Positions 1 through 8,991 of a DNA stretch of 36,184 bases are shown piece by piece. Numbering within the stretch: position 1 is the first letter of the stretch; each line of letters starts with the position of its first letter. The notes beneath the pieces were generated by a model that was not told where the DNA came from, made no database searches, and saw only the letters and a list, made by a program, of their open reading frames with translations. A program made the translations under genes and the position numbers. The stretch lies in contig LSNK01000005.1 in the NCBI GenBank assembly GCA_003056085.1, positions 76,122 to 112,305 on the forward strand, read 5' to 3'. Source of the DNA: Parcubacteria group bacterium M6-OD1-1 (GTDB lineage: Bacteria; Patescibacteriota; Minisyncoccia; GWC2-36-17; M10-OD1-4).

Positions 1-45
1 TGAATTCAATGAAGAAGAATTCTGATATTTTGTAAATAAAAAAAT

Positions 46-87
46 AAAAAAGACCATCGCATGTATTTATTTGTGGTGGTCTTTTTT
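46..87. terminator. probable bidirectional intrinsic terminator downstream of ruvC
   Basis: AAAAAAGACCATCGCA...TGTGGTGGTCTTTTTT imperfect inverted repeat flanked by A- and T-tracts at the ruvC stop. Confidence 0.65.
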
Positions 88-568
88 ATGACAGTAAAAC
101 TTCGCTTGTATTGGCTGCGCATATCGCAAGCGCGAGCGCATCTGCCGCATCATCAGGTTTTGGTATTTCAGAAAGGCCTAAAATAGTTTTTACCATCTCC
201 TGAACCTGTCTTTTTTCAGCTCTTCCATAACAAGCAACAGCTTGTTTAACTTGAAGAGGTGTAAATTCCATTATTTTTAAGTTATGTTTCTGGCAGGTAA
301 AAAGCAAAACACCTCTTGCTTGCGCAACCTTTATTATTGTTTTTTTATTTTTAAAAAAGAATAACTCTTCTATACTTACAAGGTCTGGTTTGTATTTTTC
401 CAGTAAACAAGAAAGCTTTTCACTTATCTCAAAAAGTTTTTCAGAGGTTTTTTGTTTAGGCTCCACAACTATACATTCATGGTTGATGTGCTCCAGTTTT
501 GAGCCGTCTTTTTTTATAACTCCTATTCCTATTAAAGTTTCTCCCGGATCAATTCCTAAGACTATCAT
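86..568 (-). CDS. ruvC: Holliday junction resolvase RuvC
   Basis: LGIDPG, IEELFF, QARGV, TPLQVK and DDAADALA motifs. Confidence 0.97.
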   Translation of the reverse strand: MIVLGIDPGETLIGIGVIKKDGSKLEHINHECIVVEPKQKTSEKLFEISEKLSCLLEKYKPDLVSIEELFFFKNKKTIIKVAQARGVLLFTCQKHNLKIMEFTPLQVKQAVACYGRAEKRQVQEMVKTILGLSEIPKPDDAADALALAICAANTSEVLLS

Positions 569-603
569 TTTTTAATTTATAGTTTTTAATTTATAGTTTT
601 TAG
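569..603. repeat. heptamer-periodic tandem array (5 units)
   Basis: tttttaa tttatag tttttaa tttatag tttttag, abutting the ruvC start codon. Confidence 0.7.
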
Positions 604-675
604 ATATCGCTAAAATAACGTAAACTAAAAATAATAAATCGCAAACCACAAATAAATTGTATAAATTAAATATTT

Positions 676-1125
676 TTATTTTAACTTTTTATATTTATTA
701 AAATATTCACTATACTTGTTTAGTGTAAAAGAAAATCCTGTATGAAGTGGTGTTGGTAAATCATCTAATGAGAACCAGCCTATCTCTTCAATTTTGTGAG
801 GTTCGTTATTTGTTGCTTCATTTGGCTGAATTTTTACAAAAAATGGAATAGCAAGCCAATGTGTTTGTTTTCCTTTCCATTCTCTAAAAATAGAATGTAT
901 CGGCAGTTGTTCTTGTATTTCTCCATTACAGCCATATTCTTCAAAAATTTCTTTTAAAACATTCTCTTCCGGAGTTAGTCCAAAATCAAGTTTACCGGAA
1001 CCGGGGTCCCACATCCTATGTTCGTCTCTGCAATTTTTAGTTCTTTTGTGTAATAAAAAATTACCGTTTCCATCATTACAATAAAACGGAGTCGTAATTC
1101 CTATATAATCAATTCCTATTTTCAT
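676..1125 (-). CDS. NUDIX hydrolase
   Basis: variant Nudix box GKLDFGLTPEENVLKEIFEEYG; C-terminal NNEPHKIEEIGWF. Confidence 0.9.
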   Translation of the reverse strand: MKIGIDYIGITTPFYCNDGNGNFLLHKRTKNCRDEHRMWDPGSGKLDFGLTPEENVLKEIFEEYGCNGEIQEQLPIHSIFREWKGKQTHWLAIPFFVKIQPNEATNNEPHKIEEIGWFSLDDLPTPLHTGFSFTLNKYSEYFNKYKKLK

Positions 1126-1130
1126 GGTTA

Positions 1131-1853
1131 TTAAAATTCTACATTAGAATAAATATTTTGAACATCGTCGTTTTCATCAATTATCTCAAAAAGTTTTTCT
1201 ATTTTTTCTTTTGTTTTGTCGTCTTCTACTACTAACGGATTTTTTGCTATATAGTCAAATTCACTTTCTGTTATTTTAACACCTTTTTCTTCTAAGGATT
1301 TTGTAACTTTGAAAAGCTCCTCAGGTTTTGTAAGTATTATAATTTCTTCATCTTCTTCTTTAATATCTTCCGCTCCTGCGTCTATCGCTTCAAGTTCAAG
1401 ACTTTCTATATTTATATCCTCGGTTTTTTCTATTGTTATTTTTCCAAATTTATCAAAAAGCCACATAACAGACCCTTCTTGAGCAAAAGTTCCACCGCTT
1501 TTTGAAAGAATATTTTTCAATTCTTGATTTGTTCTGTTCGTGTTGTTTGTGATGGTCTCTATTAAGATTGCGGACTTTCCTGGTCCATAACCCTCATATA
1601 TTATCATCTCAAGTTTTTCATCAGAATCCGGTGACCCTTTTTTTACTGCTCTTTCAATATTGTCTTTTGGCATGTTGGCAGCTCTTGCTTTTGAGATAGC
1701 AGTTCTTAAAGAAGGATTCATTTCCGGGTCTGTGCCTTTTTCTCTTGCGGCAACGGTTATAACATTAGCAAGCTTCGTAAAGACATTAGATCTTTTTGCA
1801 TCTGTTATCGCTTTTTTGTGTTTTATTGTTTTCCATTTGGAGTGTCCTGACAT
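1131..1853 (-). CDS. yebC: YebC/PmpR family protein
   Basis: MSGHSKW..IKHKK, YEGYGP and DDVQNIYSN motifs. Confidence 0.97.
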   Translation of the reverse strand: MSGHSKWKTIKHKKAITDAKRSNVFTKLANVITVAAREKGTDPEMNPSLRTAISKARAANMPKDNIERAVKKGSPDSDEKLEMIIYEGYGPGKSAILIETITNNTNRTNQELKNILSKSGGTFAQEGSVMWLFDKFGKITIEKTEDINIESLELEAIDAGAEDIKEEDEEIIILTKPEELFKVTKSLEEKGVKITESEFDYIAKNPLVVEDDKTKEKIEKLFEIIDENDDVQNIYSNVEF

Positions 1854-1918
1854 TATTTTAGTGGTTAGGTTATAGTTTATAGGTTTTAGATTCTCATCTA
1901 TAATATATAACTCACGAA

Positions 1919-2911
1919 TTATTTAACTACAAATTTAATACCAAGGTGTTGATATGCTTTTTCTGTTGCGGTTCTTCCTTGGGGCGTTCTTGCTAAAAAG
2001 CCAAGCTGTAAAAGATAAGGCTCATAAACATCTTCTATGGTTTCTGTTTCTTCAAGGGTTGAGGCGGCTAATGTTTTTAATCCTATAGGTCCGCCGTTGT
2101 ATTTTATAATTATAGTCTCAAGAATTTTGATATCTGAAGGCTCAAGACCTATTGCGTCTATTTCCATTAGCTGGAGCGCCTCTTTTGCTAATTTTTCTGT
2201 TATCGCATCAGAGTTATTTACTTGAGAATAGTCTCGGGTTCTTTTTAGTATTCTGTTTGCAATCCTTGGTGTTGATCTTGAAACCTTGGAAATTAAAACA
2301 AGAGCCCCTTTGTCTATATTTACATTTAAAAGTGAAGCAGATCTTTTTAATATTTGTTGAATTTCTTCTTCAGAGTAAAAATCCAATTTGTGGGTTGCGC
2401 CAAACCGAGATCTTAAAGGAGAAGATATAGATCCTATTTTTGTTGTTGCCGCTATTATGGTGAATCTTGGCAGTTGAAGTTGAAGAGTTTTTGCAGAAGG
2501 TCCTTTTCCTATAATAATATCTAAAATATTATTTTCCATAGCAGGGTAGAGGATTTCTTCTATTGATCTATTTAGTCTGTGGACTTCATCTATAAACAAA
2601 ACATCATTTTCTTGCAATCCCGTCAGTATGGAAGCTAAATCTCCTATTTTTTCTATGGCGGGACCCGAAGTTATTTTAACAGAAGAATTTGTTTTTTTGG
2701 CAATCAAATTAGCAAGTGTTGTTTTGCCAAGTCCCGCAGGACCATAAAGCAAAACATGATCAATGGGCTCTTCTCTTTTTTTTGCAGCCTCAATAAGAAC
2801 CTTTAGGTTGTTTTTTGTTTTTTCTTGTCCGATATAATCTTCCCATTGTTTTGGCCGCAGTGCTAGGTCAAATACAATTTCTTTTTTCTGTTTTTCTTCA
2901 GGTGTTGACAT
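1919..2911 (-). CDS. ruvB: Holliday junction branch migration helicase RuvB
   Basis: [34 protein letters not shown] and RTPQGR motifs. Confidence 0.98.
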   Translation of the reverse strand: MSTPEEKQKKEIVFDLALRPKQWEDYIGQEKTKNNLKVLIEAAKKREEPIDHVLLYGPAGLGKTTLANLIAKKTNSSVKITSGPAIEKIGDLASILTGLQENDVLFIDEVHRLNRSIEEILYPAMENNILDIIIGKGPSAKTLQLQLPRFTIIAATTKIGSISSPLRSRFGATHKLDFYSEEEIQQILKRSASLLNVNIDKGALVLISKVSRSTPRIANRILKRTRDYSQVNNSDAITEKLAKEALQLMEIDAIGLEPSDIKILETIIIKYNGGPIGLKTLAASTLEETETIEDVYEPYLLQLGFLARTPQGRTATEKAYQHLGIKFVVK

Positions 2912-2956
2912 TATTTTTTTATTCCTATATAATATTTGTTTAAGTGTGTATAGCTA

Positions 2957-2985
2957 TTGACAGATTTTGTTTTGTGTGCTATGCT
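2957..2985 (+). promoter_or_regulatory. sigma70-type promoter (divergent from ruvB)
   Basis: TTGACA-N17-TATGCT with an extended -10 TG. Confidence 0.75.
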
Positions 2986-2991
2986 TGCATT

Positions 2992-3160
2992 AGATGATTA
3001 AAAATCCATTAATCTGTAGGTAATTAAGATAATTTATTATCTTAATTAGGAATGGCATTTAGATGGGTATTTTGGCTCCGGCTGGAATATACCTCTTGGC
3101 TGCTCTTTGCTCTAAACTCCCAAAGTCAGAGTGTTTACCTGCAGATTAATGGATTTTTTT
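2992..3160 (+). ncRNA. candidate structured small RNA (6S-like closing stem; family unknown)
   Basis: 24-bp 5'/3' inverted repeat (3000-3023 / 3135-3158) whose only non-Watson-Crick position is a U-G pair on +; perfect 12-bp internal hairpin; own promoter; 3' U-tract. Confidence 0.6.
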
Positions 3161-3215
3161 GTTGAATTTTTTAAAATTCACTGCTAAGCAACATTCTAAA
3201 TCAAGAAGTTGATTT

Positions 3216-4883
3216 TTATTTTGTAACTCTCTCAATTTCTTCCAAGGAAGTGATTCCACCAAGAACCTTCAATAATCCATCCTTTCTCATTTCTATCATA
3301 CCATTTTTTATTGCTGTTTCAATTAAGCCGCTTTGAGTTGGATTAGATACGATTATTTCTTCTGTTTTTTGGTCAACTTTAAATATTTCAAAAATACCTA
3401 TTCTTCCTTTGTAGCCTAAATTATTGCATTTACCGCATCCAACCGCTTTTGATATTTGGGTAGTCTCATTTATCTCCGGTTTTTCTATGTGTTTAGGCAG
3501 GGTGGACAACTCTTTTTTTATCATAGCCAATTCCTCTTTTGTCAGCGTTCTTTTTTCAGAACAAAAAGAGCAAAGTTTTCTTACCAATCTTTGAGCGATT
3601 ATGGTATTTATGGCAGGAGCGATAATGTGAGGATTAAGTCCCATGTCTATAAGACGAAGTACGGCAGAAGGGGCGTTGTTTGTATGAAGAGTAGAAAAAA
3701 CCAAATGACCGGTAAGCGCCGCATGAAGACTAATGTCAGCGGTTTCCGCATCTCTTATTTCACCAACCAAAATAATATCGGGATCTTGTCTTAAGATGGA
3801 TTTTAATCCGGATGCAAAAGTATAGCCTTCGCTAGGTTCAACCTGACTTTGAGAAATTCCTTCGATTTGGTATTCAATAGGGTCTTCTATGGTGATGATC
3901 TTGATTTTCGGAGTGTTGATTTTTTTTAAAAATGAATATAGCGTTGTTGTTTTACCGGAGCCGGTAGGGCCGGTTGCTATTATAAGTCCGTTTGGTCTTT
4001 TAAGGCTTTCTTCAATAGTTTCAAAATCGTGTTTTAAAAATCCTAAATCTTTAATTGAAACGGAAAGTTTATCGGGATTAAGTATTCTAAGAACCATAGA
4101 TTCTCCGTTTGGACCGGGAAGCACTGAGGTTCTTATTTCTATTGATTTTTTATCTGTGGATATGGTAAATCTTCCATCTTGAGGTGTTTGAGTGGTATTT
4201 ATTTTTAATTCAGACAGTAGTTTTATTCTGCTTAGAAGGTGTCTGTATACAGCATCAGATATCTCAACCACTTCTTGGAGAATTCCGTCTATTCTGAACC
4301 TAACTCTTGCTTTATCTCCTTCGGGTTCAATGTGGACATCGGAGCTGTCTAAACTTAAAGACCCTGCGATAATAAGCTCCAAAACAACAGAAATGCTTTT
4401 ATCTTGCACACTTTTAAATATTTTTATAAAATCCTCCACCTGCTTTATATTTTTCTGCAATTTCCATAAGTTTTCAGGAGTTATTTCAAGTTCTCTTGTT
4501 AAGTCATCTTCTTTTTTAGAAATAGATTCGTAAAAATCCCAGGCTTTTTTAATGCTTTGGGAAGATACTAAAAAAAGATCAATAGTAAACCCTCTTTTTT
4601 TTAAGCTTTCTATAACAGAAATAGTTTTTTCGTTATTAGGATTTTTAACGCAAACTTTTAAATCAAAATCGTGTTTGTCTATTATTGCTATTTCTGCATT
4701 TTTTGAAGTTTCTTTGTCTAAGATGGCAAGAGCATCCAAGTTAACGGTTTGAGTAAGTAAATTTACATAAGGCATGTTTAATTTCTGAGCTGTTCTTATC
4801 GTAAAATTCTCCTCTTCTTTTTTTCTGAGTTCTTCAAATTTTTTTAATTCTTCTTCCTCTTTTTTAAAGAATTTATCCGCCAT
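3216..4883 (-). CDS. GspE/PulE/PilB family secretion or type IV pilus assembly ATPase
   Basis: SDVHIEP, PQDGR, Walker A GPTGSGKTT, LRQDPD.ILVGEIRD, STLHTN, two CxxC motifs and GYKGR. Confidence 0.95.
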   Translation of the reverse strand: MADKFFKKEEEELKKFEELRKKEEENFTIRTAQKLNMPYVNLLTQTVNLDALAILDKETSKNAEIAIIDKHDFDLKVCVKNPNNEKTISVIESLKKRGFTIDLFLVSSQSIKKAWDFYESISKKEDDLTRELEITPENLWKLQKNIKQVEDFIKIFKSVQDKSISVVLELIIAGSLSLDSSDVHIEPEGDKARVRFRIDGILQEVVEISDAVYRHLLSRIKLLSELKINTTQTPQDGRFTISTDKKSIEIRTSVLPGPNGESMVLRILNPDKLSVSIKDLGFLKHDFETIEESLKRPNGLIIATGPTGSGKTTTLYSFLKKINTPKIKIITIEDPIEYQIEGISQSQVEPSEGYTFASGLKSILRQDPDIILVGEIRDAETADISLHAALTGHLVFSTLHTNNAPSAVLRLIDMGLNPHIIAPAINTIIAQRLVRKLCSFCSEKRTLTKEELAMIKKELSTLPKHIEKPEINETTQISKAVGCGKCNNLGYKGRIGIFEIFKVDQKTEEIIVSNPTQSGLIETAIKNGMIEMRKDGLLKVLGGITSLEEIERVTK

Positions 4884-4917
4884 ATCTTTAGTTTTTTAAA
4901 ATTAGTTTATTAAGTTT

Positions 4918-5985
4918 CTAATCAAAATTTGTATTTAATAATTTAATTATTTTGCTTTCTGCATTTTTTAAAGTATCTGATTTTACAGAAAATAAAATAA
5001 AATTCTTTTTATAAGAGCTGTTAAATATTTTAGAGAATTTATCCAAACTTTTTTTGTTATCGGATATGAAGATTCCCAAAATTCCAAAACTTTTTAGATT
5101 TTCTTTTGACGGCTCAATTAAAACAACAAGATTTTCTTCAGAAGGTGTCAGTAGTCTTGTTTCTATTATAGCAGAAATTAGTTCATTTGAAGATAGTTTT
5201 AATTTTTCAAATTCAAAATAAGGTATTTTGGAAAAAAGCTGATTTTTTTTCAAATAAGATATATTTTTAAGTATAATTTCCGCAATTTTTCTGTTTTGTA
5301 TGATTTTGTCTTTGTAAAAGTGTTTTATAACAGGAGGGTAGTCGGCTGTTGCCTTTAAAAGATAAGACATTATTTTTAGCAATCTGCTGTCTTTTTGTCT
5401 ATTTTGTTTTTTTGATTCAATAAAGGTTGAAGTAAATAAATTCGTTGCTATTTTTGAGTTCATTGCCGCTTTTATTTTATAAATAAGATCTAAGATGAAA
5501 TCAGAATAAAATTCTTTATTTATAAATTCGATATCAATTTCTGAAAAAACATCAATATTTTTTTTATAAAAATTTTCAATTTGACTTTCTGACTCTGCTC
5601 CAAATACAAGTATTAAGTCATATGGAGAAGTTGAGAATTTTATAGAGATTGCCTCTTTTTTTAATTTTTCATTCTCAGGATCAAGATGAATTTTTATTTC
5701 ATTTTCTGATTTTTCATATCGCAGCTCTTTTATTTTGTCATTTTCAGTATTTATTGAGATAAAAAAATCACCCCTGTCTTTTATTTCAGAAGAAAGATTT
5801 TTAGGGTATTTTAAAAAAGGATATTTTTTATAAGAATTATCCGAAATAACACTTACTTCTTTATCAAGAGCTTCTAAAGCCAAGCTAAATCCAAAAACAG
5901 CGGATAAAAGCTCCACTTTTGGATTTTCCGGGATTATTATAAGGATATTGCTATTTTTAAGTATTTTGTCTTCGGTGCTTTTCAT
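4918..5985 (-). CDS. degenerate DHH-family (NrnA-like) protein
   Basis: N-terminal ILII.PENP...SA, YDLILVFG and IATNLFT segments resemble the DHH fold; DGD and DHH catalytic motifs are absent. Confidence 0.55.
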   Translation of the reverse strand: MKSTEDKILKNSNILIIIPENPKVELLSAVFGFSLALEALDKEVSVISDNSYKKYPFLKYPKNLSSEIKDRGDFFISINTENDKIKELRYEKSENEIKIHLDPENEKLKKEAISIKFSTSPYDLILVFGAESESQIENFYKKNIDVFSEIDIEFINKEFYSDFILDLIYKIKAAMNSKIATNLFTSTFIESKKQNRQKDSRLLKIMSYLLKATADYPPVIKHFYKDKIIQNRKIAEIILKNISYLKKNQLFSKIPYFEFEKLKLSSNELISAIIETRLLTPSEENLVVLIEPSKENLKSFGILGIFISDNKKSLDKFSKIFNSSYKKNFILFSVKSDTLKNAESKIIKLLNTNFD

Positions 5986-5986
5986 G

Positions 5987-6033
5987 GTTTAAGGGTGCAA
6001 AATTTAAATAAAATAAATTTTGCACCCTTAAAC
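5987..6033. repeat. perfect 20-bp inverted repeat
   Basis: GTTTAAGGGTGCAAAATTTA-aataaaa-TAAATTTTGCACCCTTAAAC. Confidence 0.9.
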
Positions 6034-6061
6034 TAACTTATTTAAAGTATTTAATCAACTA

Positions 6062-6140
6062 TTGACTTTTTATTGATTTTATAGTATGCTATAAACAATT
6101 AAAGATTGCTCTTTTTGAATCAAAAAACACTATAGGAGGT
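6062..6140 (+). promoter_or_regulatory. sigma70 promoter, boxA-like motif and strong Shine-Dalgarno site
   Basis: TTGACT-N17-TATGCT (6062-6090); TGCTCTTT (6107); AGGAGGT (6134-6140). Confidence 0.7.
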
Positions 6141-6145
6141 GTAAA

Positions 6146-6631
6146 ATGAAGATTCCCTTAAAAATTACTGTTCTTATATTTACTTTCGCCCTACAGGCTT
6201 GTTCATCGTATGGTTATAAGAGAGAGGTCCTTAAAATAGACCCAGCCTATAACAGGCTCGTCATTTTCAATAGTTCTCAGTATCGTTTTCAGGAAGATGG
6301 AATTCTCAATAGAAGCATTGATCCTGGTGAGACGGTACAGTTGAACATTCCATGTTATGGACGATTTGAAGGGCTTATGACAGCTTACAGAAAGATTGGG
6401 ACTAAAAATGGTAAGGTGGTTTGGAAATATTACGGACAAAGGAGATATTCTGTTCGTATAGACGGTAAAAATTATGTCTACAACCGCAACAACAATCTCA
6501 GCGCAGACTTTTACAGGGAGTTTAGGCAAAGCGAGTTCTATCCGTCCAGAAGGGGTAGAGAGCATTTTGTCGCTCCAAGAAGATCTCTTTGTGAGCTAAA
6601 TTCTTCCGTAAGGATTTTCTTTGGAAGATGA
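6146..6631 (+). CDS. hypothetical lipoprotein
   Basis: signal peptide with lipobox LQAC; strong SD; followed by a terminator. Confidence 0.8.
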   Translation: MKIPLKITVLIFTFALQACSSYGYKREVLKIDPAYNRLVIFNSSQYRFQEDGILNRSIDPGETVQLNIPCYGRFEGLMTAYRKIGTKNGKVVWKYYGQRRYSVRIDGKNYVYNRNNNLSADFYREFRQSEFYPSRRGREHFVAPRRSLCELNSSVRIFFGR

Positions 6632-6644
6632 AGTGTTTTAGCCG

Positions 6645-6679
6645 GTCGCACGCAAATACATCTGCGTGCGATTTTTTTT
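6645..6679 (+). terminator. intrinsic terminator
   Basis: GTCGCACGCA/TGCGTGCGAT stem followed by a T-tract. Confidence 0.85.
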
Positions 6680-6697
6680 ATTTAGCTGTTTTTGGAT

Positions 6698-6726
6698 TTG
6701 ACTTTTTGTGTTTCTAATGTTAAATT
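6698..6726 (+). promoter_or_regulatory. putative rnj promoter
   Basis: TTGACT-N17-TAAATT with an extended -10 TG. Confidence 0.55.
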
Positions 6727-7010
6727 ATAAATAATTAAATGTTTAAGCTTAGCATGGCTTAAATTAAATGTTTAAAATCTCTCTAAAATATAAAAATATA
6801 ATTAAATATAAAAAGTAAGCAAAAAACGTTTTAAAACGTTTGAAATTTTTATTGTTATCTATAGTTTCCATAAAATAAATCAGCACATTAAAAATGCGCT
6901 ATTTGTTATGTAGCGGCTGTATTGCAGTAAAAACAGAATCTAAGGTTTGTGTTTTATTTGTAGTTTTAAATTTTTTAAATCAGCATAAAGCACAACAATA
7001 ATTAAAATTT

Positions 7011-8945
7011 ATGATAATTGAAAAAAAGAAAGGGTTTTTAGACCCTAAAAAAAAGAAAGAAAATAAAGAAAACAAAAAAATAGAAAATAAAAAAAGCGCA
7101 AACAGCGCCACATTTAAGCATTCGGCAAAAAAGCATAATAAAAAAGAGACAAAAGTTTCAAGGAAAAAGATGTCTATGGGATCAAGGTATGCAGTAAAAT
7201 CAAGAAAAAGGATGATTCCCACAATAACTCACTTAAGAGATGACATTACTTTAGGCATAAAGCCAAGGAAAGTTTCAAAGGATCATGTCAGAGTTATTCC
7301 TATTGGCGGAGTAGAGGAGATAGGAAGAAATATGATAGCGGTTGAATATGGAAATGACATAATTATCATGGACGCGGGTTTAGAATTTCCAACAAGCGAC
7401 CATCCCGGAGTTGATTATCTTATTCCTAATGTAAGTTATTTAAAAAAATATAAACATCTAATAAGAGCTATAGTTATCAGTCATGGTCATTTGGATCATG
7501 TCGGCGCCTTGCCTTATGTTATAGAAGATCTTGGAAATCCTCCGATTTATACAACAGGGTTCACCGCTGCTCTTATTAAGAAAAAACACTCAGAGTTTAA
7601 ACATTTGCCGACTCCTAACATTATTCAAGTTAAAAAAGGAGATAGATTAAAAATCGGGAAAGAGGGAATGTTTTTCAGGTTTTTTGGGGTTGAGCATGCT
7701 ATTCCGGACTCCATCGGTACTATTTTAGAAACTAAATTCGGAGACATAGTTTATCCGGGGGATTTTAAAGTTGCAAGAGACAAAGATAATAATCCTGTTG
7801 AGGTTGAAGAGTATGAAGAAATGGGCAAAAAAGGTGTTTTGCTTCTTATTTTAGAGAGTACCAATATAGAAAAAGAAGGATTTTCAGGAACCGATGAAGA
7901 GGTTGCGGAAGGACTTGAGTCTGTATACGAAAAAGCAAAAGGAAGGATTATCACAGCCACATTTTCTTCTCAAATAGAAAGAGTTGTTGATATTGTTAAA
8001 ATATCAGAGAAATTAGGAAGAAAAGTAGCGGTTTTAGGATTCTCTTTAAAAACAAACCTTGAACTCGCAAAAGAATACAACATATTTGCTCCAAAAAAAG
8101 ATACTTTAATAGACATTAAAGATGTTGATAAATATCCGCAAAATAAAGTAATGATAATTTGTACAGGAGGACAAGGAGAGGAAAATTCCGCTTTGGTGAG
8201 AATTGTCAACAAAAGAGACAGAAATATAAAAATTCAAAAAGACGACACAGTTGTTCTTTCTTCTTCTATTGTTCCTGGGAATGAGAGACCTGTACAATAT
8301 TTAAAAGATAATTTAGCAAGACAGGGTGCAAAAGTAATTCATTACAAAATGGCAACTGTTCATGCCAGCGGGCACGCTTACAGAGAAGAAGTGGCTGTTT
8401 TGCATAAACTTGTTAAGCCCAAATTCTTTATACCTGTTCACGGTTTTTATTTTAATTTAGTAAGACACAAAGAACTTGCTATGGAGCTTGGCATGCCGGA
8501 AAAAAACATTGCCGTGCCGTTTTGCAACGGAACTATAATAAATCTTAATGATCAAAAAATAGAACAAATAAAAGATTCTATTCCCGCAAATTTTGTAACT
8601 GTTGACGGACTCGGTGTCGGGGATGTAAAAGAGGTTGTTCTGCGAGACAGAAATATTCTTGCGCAAGACGGAATTTTTGTTGTGTTTGCCGTAGTGGATG
8701 AAACAACAGGAAGAGTAAAGACGTCTCCGGATATAATTTCAAGAGGATTTATTTATCTAAGGGAATCTCAAGAGCTTCTTCATGAAGTTAGAAGAATAAT
8801 AAGATCTACAATTGAGGCAAATACAAAAATTCACCCCATAGATGTAGGATTTATAACTGAAGAGGTGAGAGAAGAAGTAGGAAAATTTTTGTTTCAACAC
8901 ACAAAAAGAAGACCGATGGTCTTACCTGTTATCGTTAGGGTTTAA
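7011..8945 (+). CDS. rnj: ribonuclease J with a Lys-rich N-terminal extension
   Basis: IPIGGVEEIGRNM, SHGHLDHVG, GDFK, HASGHA, PVHG and RRPMVLPVI motifs. Confidence 0.97.
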   Translation: MIIEKKKGFLDPKKKKENKENKKIENKKSANSATFKHSAKKHNKKETKVSRKKMSMGSRYAVKSRKRMIPTITHLRDDITLGIKPRKVSKDHVRVIPIGGVEEIGRNMIAVEYGNDIIIMDAGLEFPTSDHPGVDYLIPNVSYLKKYKHLIRAIVISHGHLDHVGALPYVIEDLGNPPIYTTGFTAALIKKKHSEFKHLPTPNIIQVKKGDRLKIGKEGMFFRFFGVEHAIPDSIGTILETKFGDIVYPGDFKVARDKDNNPVEVEEYEEMGKKGVLLLILESTNIEKEGFSGTDEEVAEGLESVYEKAKGRIITATFSSQIERVVDIVKISEKLGRKVAVLGFSLKTNLELAKEYNIFAPKKDTLIDIKDVDKYPQNKVMIICTGGQGEENSALVRIVNKRDRNIKIQKDDTVVLSSSIVPGNERPVQYLKDNLARQGAKVIHYKMATVHASGHAYREEVAVLHKLVKPKFFIPVHGFYFNLVRHKELAMELGMPEKNIAVPFCNGTIINLNDQKIEQIKDSIPANFVTVDGLGVGDVKEVVLRDRNILAQDGIFVVFAVVDETTGRVKTSPDIISRGFIYLRESQELLHEVRRIIRSTIEANTKIHPIDVGFITEEVREEVGKFLFQHTKRRPMVLPVIVRV

Positions 8946-8991
8946 AAAACAAAACTTGTTTTTTTTAAAAAATATGGTAATTTACAATTAT

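Noticed and set aside
1-35. 3' end of a + strand gene entering the window
   Set aside because: Plausible given the bidirectional terminator, but too short to assign frame or product.
3085-3135. SRP (4.5S) RNA on the minus strand, suggested by AGCAGCCAAG
   Set aside because: The partner CAGG and GNRA-capped helix 8 are missing, and promoter and G-U pairs favour the + strand.
3000-3158. Retron msr-msd or MITE
   Set aside because: No reverse transcriptase or transposase in the window, no clear target-site duplication and no second copy; not fully excludable without the genome.
6203-6565. 120-aa minus-strand ORF
   Set aside because: Antisense shadow of the lipoprotein gene, which has the SD, lipobox and terminator.
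6629-6631. Alternative genetic code (UGA read-through, code 25 or 4)
   Set aside because: All conserved genes are intact under code 11, and TGA acts as the stop just before a terminator here.
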